Source: Thermoanaerobaculia bacterium (lineage in GTDB: Bacteria; Acidobacteriota; Thermoanaerobaculia; UBA5066). From it: a stretch of 64,000 bases of DNA. Position 1 is the first letter of the stretch. Each line of letters starts with the position of its first letter. The notes under the pieces are model-generated. The model ran no database searches. It was not told where the DNA came from and saw only the letters and a list, made by a program, of their open reading frames with translations. The DNA lies in assembly GCA_963816185.1 (NCBI GenBank), contig CAWFJJ010000007.1:1-64000 (forward strand), written 5' to 3'. This document shows positions 1 through 8,574 of the stretch, piece by piece. The position numbers and the translations under genes were made by a program.

Positions 1-230
1 TGCGCCTGAACCGCCCCGGAGCACTTTCTGTGCTGAGGGAAGCACACCCAGCGCAGCCAAGGCTCGCCTTTGAGTACTGTGTTGCCATCCACCTCCACTT
101 CGAACTGCCCGTAGGGACCGCCAACCACCTCGACCTCTACGTTCAGCTCGCGCCTCAACCGCGCCGCCACACGGACGGCGTGTAGCCGGGTCACTCAGTA
201 CGCGCACGAACGGATTCGAATCCGAGCCAT
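1..230 (-). CDS. Rdx (SelW/SelT/SelH) family selenoprotein, CxxU; 3' end runs off the window
   Basis: Manual translation from ATG 230 (SD AGGAGG at 235-240): MARIRIRSCAY-UGA(197-195)-VTRLHAVRVAARLRRELNVEVEVVGGPYGQFEVEVDGNTVLKG. The CxxU motif and G.FEV.VDG match the Rdx family. Probable 1-nt indel near 65. Confidence 0.8.
160..194 (-). promoter_or_regulatory. Putative bacterial SECIS hairpin
   Basis: Immediately 3' of the UGA: GCCG(U bulge)CC-[GUGU]-GG-CGGC, with a G-starting apical loop 22 nt after the UGA. An alternative 8-bp stem GCUACACG/CGUGUGGC is also possible. Confidence 0.55.
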
Positions 231-404
231 TCACCCTCCTATAAGAACGCCGACTCCGCCCGGCAACTCCCTTGTGTCCGCCTAACCATATCAACCTCAG
301 CGGCGAGCGTAGCGAGATGGGATGAGAAGGCCGGTCTCCCCGGCGCAGTCGGAAAATTCGCTGCAAGGACATTGCGGGCTCGAGGCCCAGAAGGGAGACC
401 GGCC

Positions 405-1572
405 GTGAGGAAGCGTAGCACCGGGACGAGCGGGAGCGAGAGGACGGCGACGAGGAGTGATGGGACGGCGAGATTGACGTCGGGCAAAGTGGTGAACGTC
501 CTTCCGGCTTTTTGTCCGACGTGGACCGTCGGAACGACCTGGGGGATCGGACGAGCCATTTTTGCGTGCTCGATGAAGATGGGATGGTCGTCGAGCGTGG
601 AAGGGCCCAGACGACTCTGGAAGGGATCCGGAAGCGTTTCGAAGGGCCGGTGGGAATGCGAATCGCGCTGGAGGTGGGAGCGCATTCCCCGTGGGTGAGC
701 CGCCTTCTGAAAGAGCTAGGGCACGAGGTGCTGGTGGCCAACCCCCGAAAGACCCGGCTGATCTACCAGAACCGTGGGAAGCAGGACCGTGTGGATGCCG
801 AGGCCCTGGCCCGGATCGCCCGGCTGGACCCGAAGCTTCTGTACCCCGTGGAGCACCGTCCCGAGAGCATTTCGCACAGGACATGGCCGTCCTGCGCTCG
901 CGCGATGTGCTGGTGAGGACGCGGACGCAGCTCGTCAACCACGTCCGCGGGGCGGTCAAAGCGACGGGACACCGCCTGAGGAAGTGCTCGACCCGGACGT
1001 TCTCCATCCAGGCGGTGGGCGAGATTCCCGAGGAGGTACGCGAAGCGTTGTCGAACGTCCTGACAACGATCGAAGTCGTGTCCAGACGGATCCTGGCGCT
1101 CGACAAGCGCATCTTAGAACTGGGGAAGAAGAAGTACCCGGAGACGGCGTTGCTGAGGCAGGTGGGAGGAGTGGGCCCGATCGTGGCGCTGGCCTACGTC
1201 CTGACGCTGGAGGATCCCGGGTCGATTCCGGAAGAGCCGGGCCGTCGGGGCGTACCTTGGGCTCGTACCTTCGCGAAGTCAGAGCGGTGATTCGGACCCG
1301 CAGCTGCGCATCACGAAGAGGGGGACCACTTCCTGCGCCGGCTTCTGGTTCAGTCGGCGCAGTACGTCCTCGGGCCATTCGGGCCGGACTGCGACCTCAG
1401 ACGATCCGGCCTGGCGCTGTCAGCCCGAGGAGAGCGCAATGCGAAGAAACGGGCGGTCATTGCCATGGCACGAAAACTCGCGGTGTTGCTGCATCGGCTG
1501 TGGCGGACCGCGGAGGTCTACGAGCCGCTACGCAAGGCCCCTGCGCCTCACGGCACGGCCGCAGCGGCCTGA
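405..1572 (+). pseudogene. IS110 recombinase/transposase (DEDD RuvC plus Ser domain), four frameshifts (~535, ~870, ~1220, ~1320)
   Basis: Segments DLGDRTSHFCVLD, IALEVG, KQDRVDAEALAR, GVGPIVA, AYLGLVPSRSQSG, ITK.GDHFLRRLL and AMARKLAVLLHRLW. Catalytic D/E/D/D and S are all present. Frameshifts may be sequencing errors. Confidence 0.9.
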
Positions 1573-1639
1573 CACAGGGCAAAAAAGAAAGGAACCAGCG
1601 AGAGGACGCGTTCAATCGTGGCTATCCCAAATTCGAGTC

Positions 1640-1810
1640 AACGCCCCGTGGGGGCGACTGCGCAGCGGACTCCGGTCCCCACGGACTTCGGCCCGGGGCG
1701 GAACACCGGTAGCGAGATTGCAGCGCCCTCCGGACTAGACCCCCTCATGCACCAGGCCGACAAGACGCGGCCCATACGAGTGCGAATGGAAGCGCGGCGA
1801 CACACTCGAG
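1640..1810 (+). ncRNA. Putative bridge/seek RNA of the IS1111 element (boundaries approximate)
   Basis: Stem 1652-1661/1720-1728 encloses internal-loop strands 1662-1671 and 1710-1719 that match the target flanks, with inner stem CCGGT/ACCGG. A second loop has CCCAT (1771-1775) and ATGGAAG (1786-1792), resembling the element ends. Confidence 0.7.
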
Positions 1811-1885
1811 CCCAGGGATTCCCACCGGCGATTCCGCCCTCTCTTGACAACAACCGGCCTTCTGCGTTGGAGATCCCGCTGCAGG

Positions 1886-2044
1886 GATGAAGTGGACTCC
1901 TCCTTTATGGCGTAAGACGGCATCGAGTGCCAACGTCACCGAGTCGGAGCTGAACCAAAAAGGAGGAGTCCATGGAGAATCCTACGACGATCGCCGTCGA
2001 CCCGCCCCTGCCGCTCGACGGCAAGCTCGAAAACACTCTTCGAC
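1886..2044 (+). mobile_element. Truncated left end of a second IS1111-type element
   Basis: gATGAAG-TGGACTCCTCC end, 14-bp IR 1893-1906/1959-1972 covering the SD, ATG 1972 MENPTTIAVD. The expected continuation SKSVFELAVERQGRV is on the opposite strand (2044-1996). Confidence 0.75.
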
Positions 2045-2193
2045 TTTGATAGCGCTCCTGGGATAAGCAAGAGAAGGCGCCCTTTCGGACGCCCTCCCGA
2101 GACGGGCGGGGCGGGCTGAGGGCCTGATTCGCCTCCCCATCTCATGACGCGCCAAGCCCGTGGCAACAAAAGTAGGGCGAAAACATGCGGAAA

Positions 2194-2386
2194 TCAACCA
2201 TCTCGACGGACCGAAGACGAGGTCGTCGTCGGGACCTTCGCGCCAGTCGAGCGCGTCATCGGCGCGCTGCTGCGCCACCTTGAAGCGGAAGTTGACGAGT
2301 TCCCGGGCCAAGAGAGCCGCGTGCGGGAGCGACCGGGCGGTCTTATGGTGGTCCGCCTGGAAGGGGACCCTGCGTCGAGCAGATCG
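2194..2386 (-). pseudogene. Remnant resembling the C-terminus of a phage terminase large subunit
   Basis: VPFQADHHKTARSLPHAALLARELVNFRFKV...WREGPDDDLVF resembles the C-terminal nuclease DD motif region. No N-terminus is present. Confidence 0.45.
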
Positions 2387-2389
2387 CCT

Positions 2390-2824
2390 TCACTGCACTT
2401 TCCTATCAGCCGCCGGCAGGGTCGGAAACGCAATGGAGTCCTCCGCGATCTTCTTGGCGAGCTCCATCACTGCATCGGGCGAAACACCGTACTCGATCGC
2501 GGCCCGGCGCGCGGCAGCTTCGAGATCGCCCGTGAGATCCATCTCACGACGGTCGCGCCACTCCTTCGGGCGCCGGTTCTTCAGCCAGAAGATCATCGCC
2601 GTCACGTCCTTGTCGACAGTCGCCTTCGTGTAGAGCGACTTGATGACAACCTCGTCCGCCTGTGCGCGGGCGTCATCGATGCGTTCCATCAGACCTGCGT
2701 CGGCCTCGATCCATCGACGAAGAGTCGAGCGGGGGATGCTGAGAATGCGCGCCGCGAGAGCCCAGTCGGCGCCCGCTGCAAATGCGCCCACCACGCGCTC
2801 GGCCTGCGACTCGGTGAGCGTCAT
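2390..2824 (-). CDS. Phage terminase small subunit-like HTH protein
   Basis: HTH (AARILSIPRSTLRRW) and DVTAMIFWLKNRRPKEWRD motif. ATG overlaps the stop of the upstream MTase (ATGA). Confidence 0.6.
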   Translation of the reverse strand: MTLTESQAERVVGAFAAGADWALAARILSIPRSTLRRWIEADAGLMERIDDARAQADEVVIKSLYTKATVDKDVTAMIFWLKNRRPKEWRDRREMDLTGDLEAAARRAAIEYGVSPDAVMELAKKIAEDSIAFPTLPAADRKVQ

Positions 2825-4082
2825 GCCGCGGCCTCGAGGACGGCCTTCTCGCCCGTGAAGCGCTCCCAACGCTGGACGCTACGTCAACGAAGATCGGGTC
2901 GATCTCCATCGCGAAACAGCGGCGGCCAGTCAGTTCCGCAGCGATGATTCCGGTCCCGATCCGCCGAAGGGCTCGTAGAAGAGGCCGCCCCTCGAGGTGG
3001 TTCTCGACGGCCTCGTGTAGAGGACGACCGGCTTCTGGGTCGGGTGGTCGACGCGCTCCTCCTGGCTTCCCGCCATGATCATCTTCGGGCTGCGGCCTTC
3101 CAGATCGTCGTCTGGTCACGCGCGCCGAGAAACGGCGGCGAGCCCTTCTTGCGGGCGTACCAGCAAGGCTCGTGCTGCCAGTGGTAGTGCTGGCGGCAGA
3201 GGACGAGCTGCTCCTTGTCCCAGATGATGTACTGCGAGAGCCGAAAGCCGATCCGCCGCAGGCCCAGTCCGACCTCGATCGTGAACGCGGACGCGTGCCA
3301 GACGTATGCGACGGTCAGGCTCGGCACGAGCTCGAAAGCTTCGCTCCAGTCCGCGCGCGTGTCGCCGCTGATCGAGTGTTCGCGTGGCCCTCTTTCCGCC
3401 TCATGCATGTAGCTCGGCTGCGCGGGGCCCATGCCGTTGAGGCCGGCGCGATCACGCCATTCCATGTCGAGCTCGACGCCGTACGGCGGGTCAGTCAGGA
3501 GCAGGAACGGCTCCTCTCCGTTCAAGAGCCGCGCGACGTCCGTCGCGTTCGTGCTGTCGCCACAGAGGAGCCGGTGCTTTCCGAGGACGTACAGGTCGCC
3601 GGGCTTCGAGACGGGCGTCTTCGGCGGCTCCGGCACGTCGTCGGGATCGACGCCTCGCGCCTCGCGCTTCATTCGAGCGACGAGCTCATCGATCTCGGCG
3701 CTTCCGAAGCCCGTGAGATCCAGAGCACTGGATCCGAGCTCCTCGAGAAGCGCGGCCAGCGCCGGCTCGTCCCACTCGCCCGAGATCCTGTTCAGCGCCA
3801 GGTTGAGCTGCCGCTCGCCGGTCTCGTCGAGGTCGACCCACACGACCGGCAGCGCTTCGATTCCTTCGGCTTCAGCGGCCTTGACGCGCTGGTGGCCGCC
3901 GACGATCCGGCCCGAGCGCCTGTTCGCCACGACGGGCTCCACGGCGCCGAACGTGCGCAAGCTGCGACGTAGCGCAGCAGCTGATCAGGCTCGATCCGAC
4001 GCGGGTTGTAGGGCGCGCCCATGTTGACCAGCTTCGCGACGGGGACGCTTTCGCTTTTTAGGGCATCCACGGCAGAAGCCAT
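2821..4082 (-). pseudogene. ParB-N-domain plus N4/N6 DNA methyltransferase (phage type), several frameshifts
   Basis: APYNPRRI, FGAVEP, IVGGHQR, LNLALNRISGEWD, HRLLCGDST, TDPPYG, HPTQKPV, YEPFGG.G, AMEIDP spread over several frames. Confidence 0.85.
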
Positions 4083-4265
4083 CAGCGAAAGTCTCGGACC
4101 GGGCATCGCGGCGCGCCATGACCCGCTATCTAGGCCTAGCAGAATCTCTCGTCACTGGTGGAAACGCACCGCGGATCGTTCCGCGGGCCTTCAACCTGAG
4201 GACCGTCTCGATCGTAAGGAGGCCTTTTCCGTCACACGCCGGGCGTTCGGTCTTCCGAGGTCGCT

Positions 4266-4729
4266 TTAGCTCGCCGAGGGAAGCCGGAGGCTTGCGGCTG
4301 TCGGCGCCCCATCGCCCTTCGCGGCCGCTTCGAATACGGCCCCGAGCGCCGAGGCGACGCCGCGGGCATCCATCATCTGGATCTCGTGCCGCTGGAGCAG
4401 GGAATGAGCTTGCCATCCCTCATGAGCCCGATCGAAGGCGACGAAGGCGCGTATCCGGCGAAGTACGCGCGCGCACGAGCGGTCGCCTCGACGTCCTGTC
4501 CGGCGAAAACTGTCACGAGCCGCTCCGGCCGCAGCGGGTGCTTGACCGCGAGCACGACGCCGGGACGCGCCTGGCCGGCGGCGCAGCCGCAGACCGAGTT
4601 CACGACGACGAGCGTGAGGCCCTTCTGGTTGACGGCGGCGTCCACTTCGGGCGCCGTGTGAAGCTCGGTGAACCCCGCCCGCGTCAGCTCGTCGCGGAAA
4701 GGCTGGATGCTCTGCGGGTCGTAGGGCAT
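4266..4729 (-). CDS. BrxA/BrxB (YphP/YqiW) bacilliredoxin family, frameshift near 4405
   Basis: MPYDP..FRDEL..AGFTEL..LVVVNSVCGCAAGQARPG...TVFAGQDVEATARAR...PSSPSIGLMRDG, with the CGC motif. SD AGGAG upstream. Confidence 0.88.
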
Positions 4730-4797
4730 GGGACTCCTTATTTCGCAGCCTGGAGCGGGGCGAGATCCGCGAGCACGCCGTAGTTGTGCGCAGACGG

Positions 4798-5332
4798 GTG
4801 CTGTCGCCACAGAGGAGTCGGTGCTTCCCGAGAATGTACAGGTCGCCGCGCTTCGAGACGGGCGTCTTCGGCGGCTCCGGCACGTCGTCGGGATCGACGC
4901 CTCGCGCCTCGCGCTTCATGTCGCGCGATGAGCTCGTCGACCTCGGCGCTCCCGAAACCCGTGAGATCCAGGGACTGGATCCGAGCTCCTCGAGCAGGGC
5001 GGCGAGCGACGGCTCGTCCGACTGGCCCGAGATCCTGTTCAGCGCCAGGTTGAGCTGCTGCTCGCCGGTCTCGTCGAGGTCGACCCACACGACCGGCAGC
5101 GTTTCGATCCCCTCCGCTTCAGCGGCCTTCACGCGCTGATGGCCGCCGACGATCCGGCCGGAGCGCTTGTTCGCCACGACAGGCTCGACCGCGCCGAACG
5201 TGCGCAGACTCTTTGGGAGCGCGAGGAGCTGGTCCGTCGGCAATCCGACGCGGGTTGTAAGGAGCAGCGCATACCGAGCAGCGTCGCGACCGGCACGCTC
5301 TCACTGTTTAGGGACGTCGGGGCGGGAGCCAT
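4798..5332 (-). pseudogene. Second, truncated ParB-MTase copy (ends at LLCGDST)
   Basis: Near-identical peptide to the 5' half of 2821-4082, frameshifted and lacking the catalytic domain. Confidence 0.85.
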
Positions 5333-5731
5333 TCATGGAAGTTTCGGGCCAAGTGATCGCGCCGCAACAGCTCCCACTATTTAGCCCTTGTGGAATCTCG
5401 AGCGGTGGATACGCGCCGCGAATCGTTCCGCGGTCCTTAAATGAGGAGCGCCTCGATCGTGAGGAGGCCTTTCCCGCACTGCTCGGCACCTCCGTCGCCG
5501 GACGATTCCCTCCTCAGCGTGGAGGTCTCGACCACCCAGAGCTGGAGCGAGCCGCAGGCCGCGACACCAGACGCCGGCCTCGGTGCGGGAAGGGTCGTCT
5601 GTTAGAGGCGCTCGTCTGTCACGGGGCACCTGTGGCGGAAGCGCCCCTTAAAGAGGCTAGGAGCGGGACCGATCATCCTCGCCATAGCGGGGGTCCTGCG
5701 TGGTGTTTCGGGAAGACCTCGCAGCGACCGG

Positions 5732-5753
5732 GTGTCCGTGTTGTGTCCGTGTT
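5732..5753. repeat. Perfect 11-bp tandem repeat GTGTCCGTGTT x2
   Basis: Read directly from the sequence; ~100 bp beyond the tmRNA 3' end. Confidence 0.9.
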
Positions 5754-5854
5754 CTCCCGGACACTAGGCCGAATAGGCGGCAGAGGAGGACCCCCCCGGA
5801 GGGGCCTAAACCTTTGGGTTTTGGCCCTCCAGGGGAGTCCAGTGCAGGCAAGAA

Positions 5855-6215
5855 TGGTGGAGGCGGGGGGAGTCGAACCCCCGTCCGAAGCGCCCGAACG
5901 TCGAGATTCTCCACGCTCAGTCCGGACTTGTTTTTTTAGCCGCCGCGTCTTCAGGTCCGGACGACCGGGCGCGGCAGCGAACCTGAAACTCTCGGGACGC
6001 CTCTTCAGGTGGCGGAGGCGGCCCCAGCCCGGATTTCGCGTCAAACGCCGAGGCGCCCCGGACAGGCTCCCCGGCGCCCGTCACGGCTAATTAGGCCGCG
6101 AGAGCGAGGTCGCTGTTGTTGGCAGCTGGTTGTTGACCGTCGTTTTTACGAGCGAACGGCCGTGCTCGGCGTGCTCCTCGATCGCTGAATGCCCCGTCGA
6201 AACCGGGACGCCCCC
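5855..6215 (-). ncRNA. ssrA: tmRNA; tag (A)ANNSDLALAA* at 6123-6091
   Basis: 5' GGGGGCG pairs with 3' CGCCTCC-ACCA including G3:U, T-arm GGTTCGACTCC, 361 nt, tag ending ALAA. Confidence 0.97.
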
Positions 6216-6284
6216 AATCGTGGTTGGCGAGGATATCAGAACCACGGGGCGGCCATCCAGCCGGAGAATCGCCATAATCCGAGG

Positions 6285-7820
6285 GTGAGCCGACACGCGC
6301 CGCTCCCTTCCTGTGCCGCCGTGGCCGCACTGTTTCTGGCCGCGGCCGCCGCCCGCGGAGAGGACGTGACGGCGACGTTCTCCCGTCCAGACAAGCCTCC
6401 GGTGAGCCTTCGCGCAGAGGAACGCGACGGCCGGACGTACCTTTCCGTGAACGACGCCGTCACCGCGCTCGACGGCTCGATGACCCTCGACGACAAGACC
6501 CGGTCGTACGAAGTGAAGCTCAAGGGGCGCTCGGCGGTCTTCGGCCTGGACGCCGCCCTCGCGGTCGTGGACACGAAGCTCGTCTCCCTGAGCGCACCCG
6601 TGCGGGGCCACGGCGCCCTCGCGTGGGCGGAGCCGGAATTCTTCCAGAAGGTCATCGGGCCGATGGCGGGGCTCTTCCTTTCGTGGGATCGCGCGACCCG
6701 GACGCTGTCCGTCCGCAGGTCCGAAATCGCCGAGATCACCGTCGAGTCGTCGGTGGCCGACCTCGGCGAGACGACGAAGGTCGTCCTGCGCTTCTCGCAG
6801 GCGCCGTCGTACGCCGTCGAGAAGGCCGCCGATCAGGTCATCCTCCACGTCCCGAATGCGCGACTCGTGATGCTGCCTTCGGAGAAGCTCCTCGAGTCGG
6901 CGCGTGTCGCGCGCCTCGTCGTCAGGGGCGGCGACATCTCGATCGTGTTCCGGGAAAAAGACCTCGTGCCGAACGTCTATGCGCTCGGAACGCCGCCGCG
7001 TCTCATCGTGGACATCGCGAAGGCGGGCTCGCCGACGGCTAACGGAGCACGTCCCGCTCCTCCCGTGCCGGGGCCGCCGCCGCCGGCGCCGAGGCCGAAG
7101 ACCATCGTCCTCGATCCCGGGCACGGAGGCGTCGAGGAGGGCGCGAAAGGGCCCGGCGGCCTCCTCGAGAAGGACGCCACTCTCGCGCTCACGAAGACGA
7201 TCCAGGAAGTCCTCCAGCGCCGCGGGTACCGCGTCGTGACGACACGCCTCTCCGATGCCACGGTCGGCCTCGACGACCGTGCCGCGCAGGCGAACGCGGC
7301 GAAAGCCGATGTCTTTATCTCGATTCACTGCAACGCGTCGCGGTCCCCCACCGCGCACGGGACGGAGGTGTATTACCTGTCGCTGGACGCCTCGGACCGC
7401 GCCGCGGCTCTTCTCGCCGAGAGCGAGAACGCGACGCCAGCCGGGACCCCGGACTCGGCCGAGAAGAACGCGGCCGCGCGCGATCTCGACCTGATCCTCT
7501 GGGACCTCGCTCAGAACCAGCACCTCTCGGCGTCTGAGCGGCTCGCGGAGATCGTCCAGGCCGACTTCAACCGGCTGCTCGGAATCACGACGCGCGGCGT
7601 GAAGCAGGCGCCGTTCCGCGTCCTCGTCGGCGTCAATGCGCCGGCCGTCCTCGTGGAGGTCGCCTTCATCACGAACCCTGACGAGGAGATACGGATCGGG
7701 TCGGACGAGTTCCGGCGCCAGGCTGCGGAAACGCTCGCGGGAAGCCTCGACACGTATTTCCGCACGGCGGATGCCGTGGCGCCCGTGCCCTACGCGCCGA
7801 AAGCGCCCGGCAAGAGCTGA
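6285..7820 (+). CDS. N-acetylmuramoyl-L-alanine amidase (Amidase_3) with N-terminal copper-amine-oxidase-like/AMIN domains
   Basis: Signal peptide, IVLDPGHGG..E, FISIHCNA, PAVLVEVAFITN. Confidence 0.92.
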   Translation: MSRHAPLPSCAAVAALFLAAAAARGEDVTATFSRPDKPPVSLRAEERDGRTYLSVNDAVTALDGSMTLDDKTRSYEVKLKGRSAVFGLDAALAVVDTKLVSLSAPVRGHGALAWAEPEFFQKVIGPMAGLFLSWDRATRTLSVRRSEIAEITVESSVADLGETTKVVLRFSQAPSYAVEKAADQVILHVPNARLVMLPSEKLLESARVARLVVRGGDISIVFREKDLVPNVYALGTPPRLIVDIAKAGSPTANGARPAPPVPGPPPPAPRPKTIVLDPGHGGVEEGAKGPGGLLEKDATLALTKTIQEVLQRRGYRVVTTRLSDATVGLDDRAAQANAAKADVFISIHCNASRSPTAHGTEVYYLSLDASDRAAALLAESENATPAGTPDSAEKNAAARDLDLILWDLAQNQHLSASERLAEIVQADFNRLLGITTRGVKQAPFRVLVGVNAPAVLVEVAFITNPDEEIRIGSDEFRRQAAETLAGSLDTYFRTADAVAPVPYAPKAPGKS

Positions 7821-7833
7821 ATACAGCCGCCGC

Positions 7834-8574
7834 ATGCCGCGCCGCTTCGCCCTCGCGCTCGTCGTCCTGCTCCTTCTGCTTCTCTCGGCCCTTCTCCTCG
7901 GGCGCCGCATGAGAGGGCCGTCGCGAGCCGCCGCCGTCGTCCCCACGCTTCGACCGACGGCGGTGATTCCCCCGACCCCCATCCCGGCCCGGCAGGTTTC
8001 GCTCTACTTCGAATCTCCTGCCGACGATCAGCTCCACCCGGAGGCGCGGGACGTTCCCGCGGCGGTCGACGACGTGGCGTTCCTCAGGTCCGTCGCCGCC
8101 GCCGTAATGGACGGGCCGCGTCGCCAGGACCTCGTGAAACCGTTCCCCGAGGGCTGGTCCCTGCGCGGCGCGTATCTTCTGGGCGACGGAATCGCCGTCA
8201 TCGATCTTTCCCCGCCGCCTCTTCCGGCGCCGCGCGAGCCCGGAACGCCCGCGGGACCGCGCTGGCAGGCTGGCTCCCACGAAGAGGACACGGCGATTCA
8301 GTCGCTCGCGGTCACCCTCGCGAAGAACCTCCCCGCGGTGACGCGCGTCGTGCTCCTCGTCGCGGGAGAGGCGGCCGAGACGCTCGGCGGCCACGCGGAT
8401 CTCCTGCATCCGATCGCGCCCGATCTCAAACGCGCCGCCGATGAACCGCCGCTCCCGGCTCCGACCGCAACGCCTTTGCCCGCCGCTTCGCCCTCGCCGG
8501 CCGCGCCCTCGCCCGCCCCTTCCGCCGCGGTTCCGCCCGTTCCGCGCCGACGCGTGCCGGTCGAGCAAACATGA
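7834..8574 (+). CDS. GerMN domain protein
   Basis: N-terminal TM, VSLYF...L.PE.R, GSHEEDTAIQSLAVTL...V.LLVAG...TLGGH; located between amidase and murI. Confidence 0.8.
   Translation: MPRRFALALVVLLLLLLSALLLGRRMRGPSRAAAVVPTLRPTAVIPPTPIPARQVSLYFESPADDQLHPEARDVPAAVDDVAFLRSVAAAVMDGPRRQDLVKPFPEGWSLRGAYLLGDGIAVIDLSPPPLPAPREPGTPAGPRWQAGSHEEDTAIQSLAVTLAKNLPAVTRVVLLVAGEAAETLGGHADLLHPIAPDLKRAADEPPLPAPTATPLPAASPSPAAPSPAPSAAVPPVPRRRVPVEQT

Larger units (their letters stand above)
315..1872 (+). mobile_element. IS110-family, IS1111-type insertion sequence
   Basis: Perfect 11-bp subterminal IRs AGAAGGCCGGT (325-335) / ACCGGCCTTCT (1853-1863), GAGAT at both junctions (314-318, 1870-1874), TTGACA at 1844-1849 inside the right end, and a ~280-nt 3' non-coding region. 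Confidence 0.88.
280..1885 (-). other. attC: Integron attC-like recombination site, split by an IS (halves 280-316 and 1871-1885)
   Basis: Removing the IS gives, on the minus strand, CCTGCAGCGG-gatctcgctacgctcg-CCGCTGAGG-ttgatatg-GTTAGGC. The L boxes pair with one extrahelical base at L'' position 4, and R' GTTAGGC (286-280) fits GTTRRRY. R'' is missing, replaced by the second IS. Confidence 0.7.
3551..5475. repeat. Diverged direct duplication of ~680 bp (3551-4230 vs 4798-5475)
   Basis: Both copies begin GTGCTGTCGCCACAGAGGAG and end ...CTCGATCGT(A/G)AGGAGGCCTTT(T)CC. The unit covers the MTase 5' half plus upstream DNA. Confidence 0.9.

Noticed and set aside
2821-5332. Restriction-modification system
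   Set aside because: No endonuclease; ParB-MTase next to terminase genes is a phage-type orphan arrangement.
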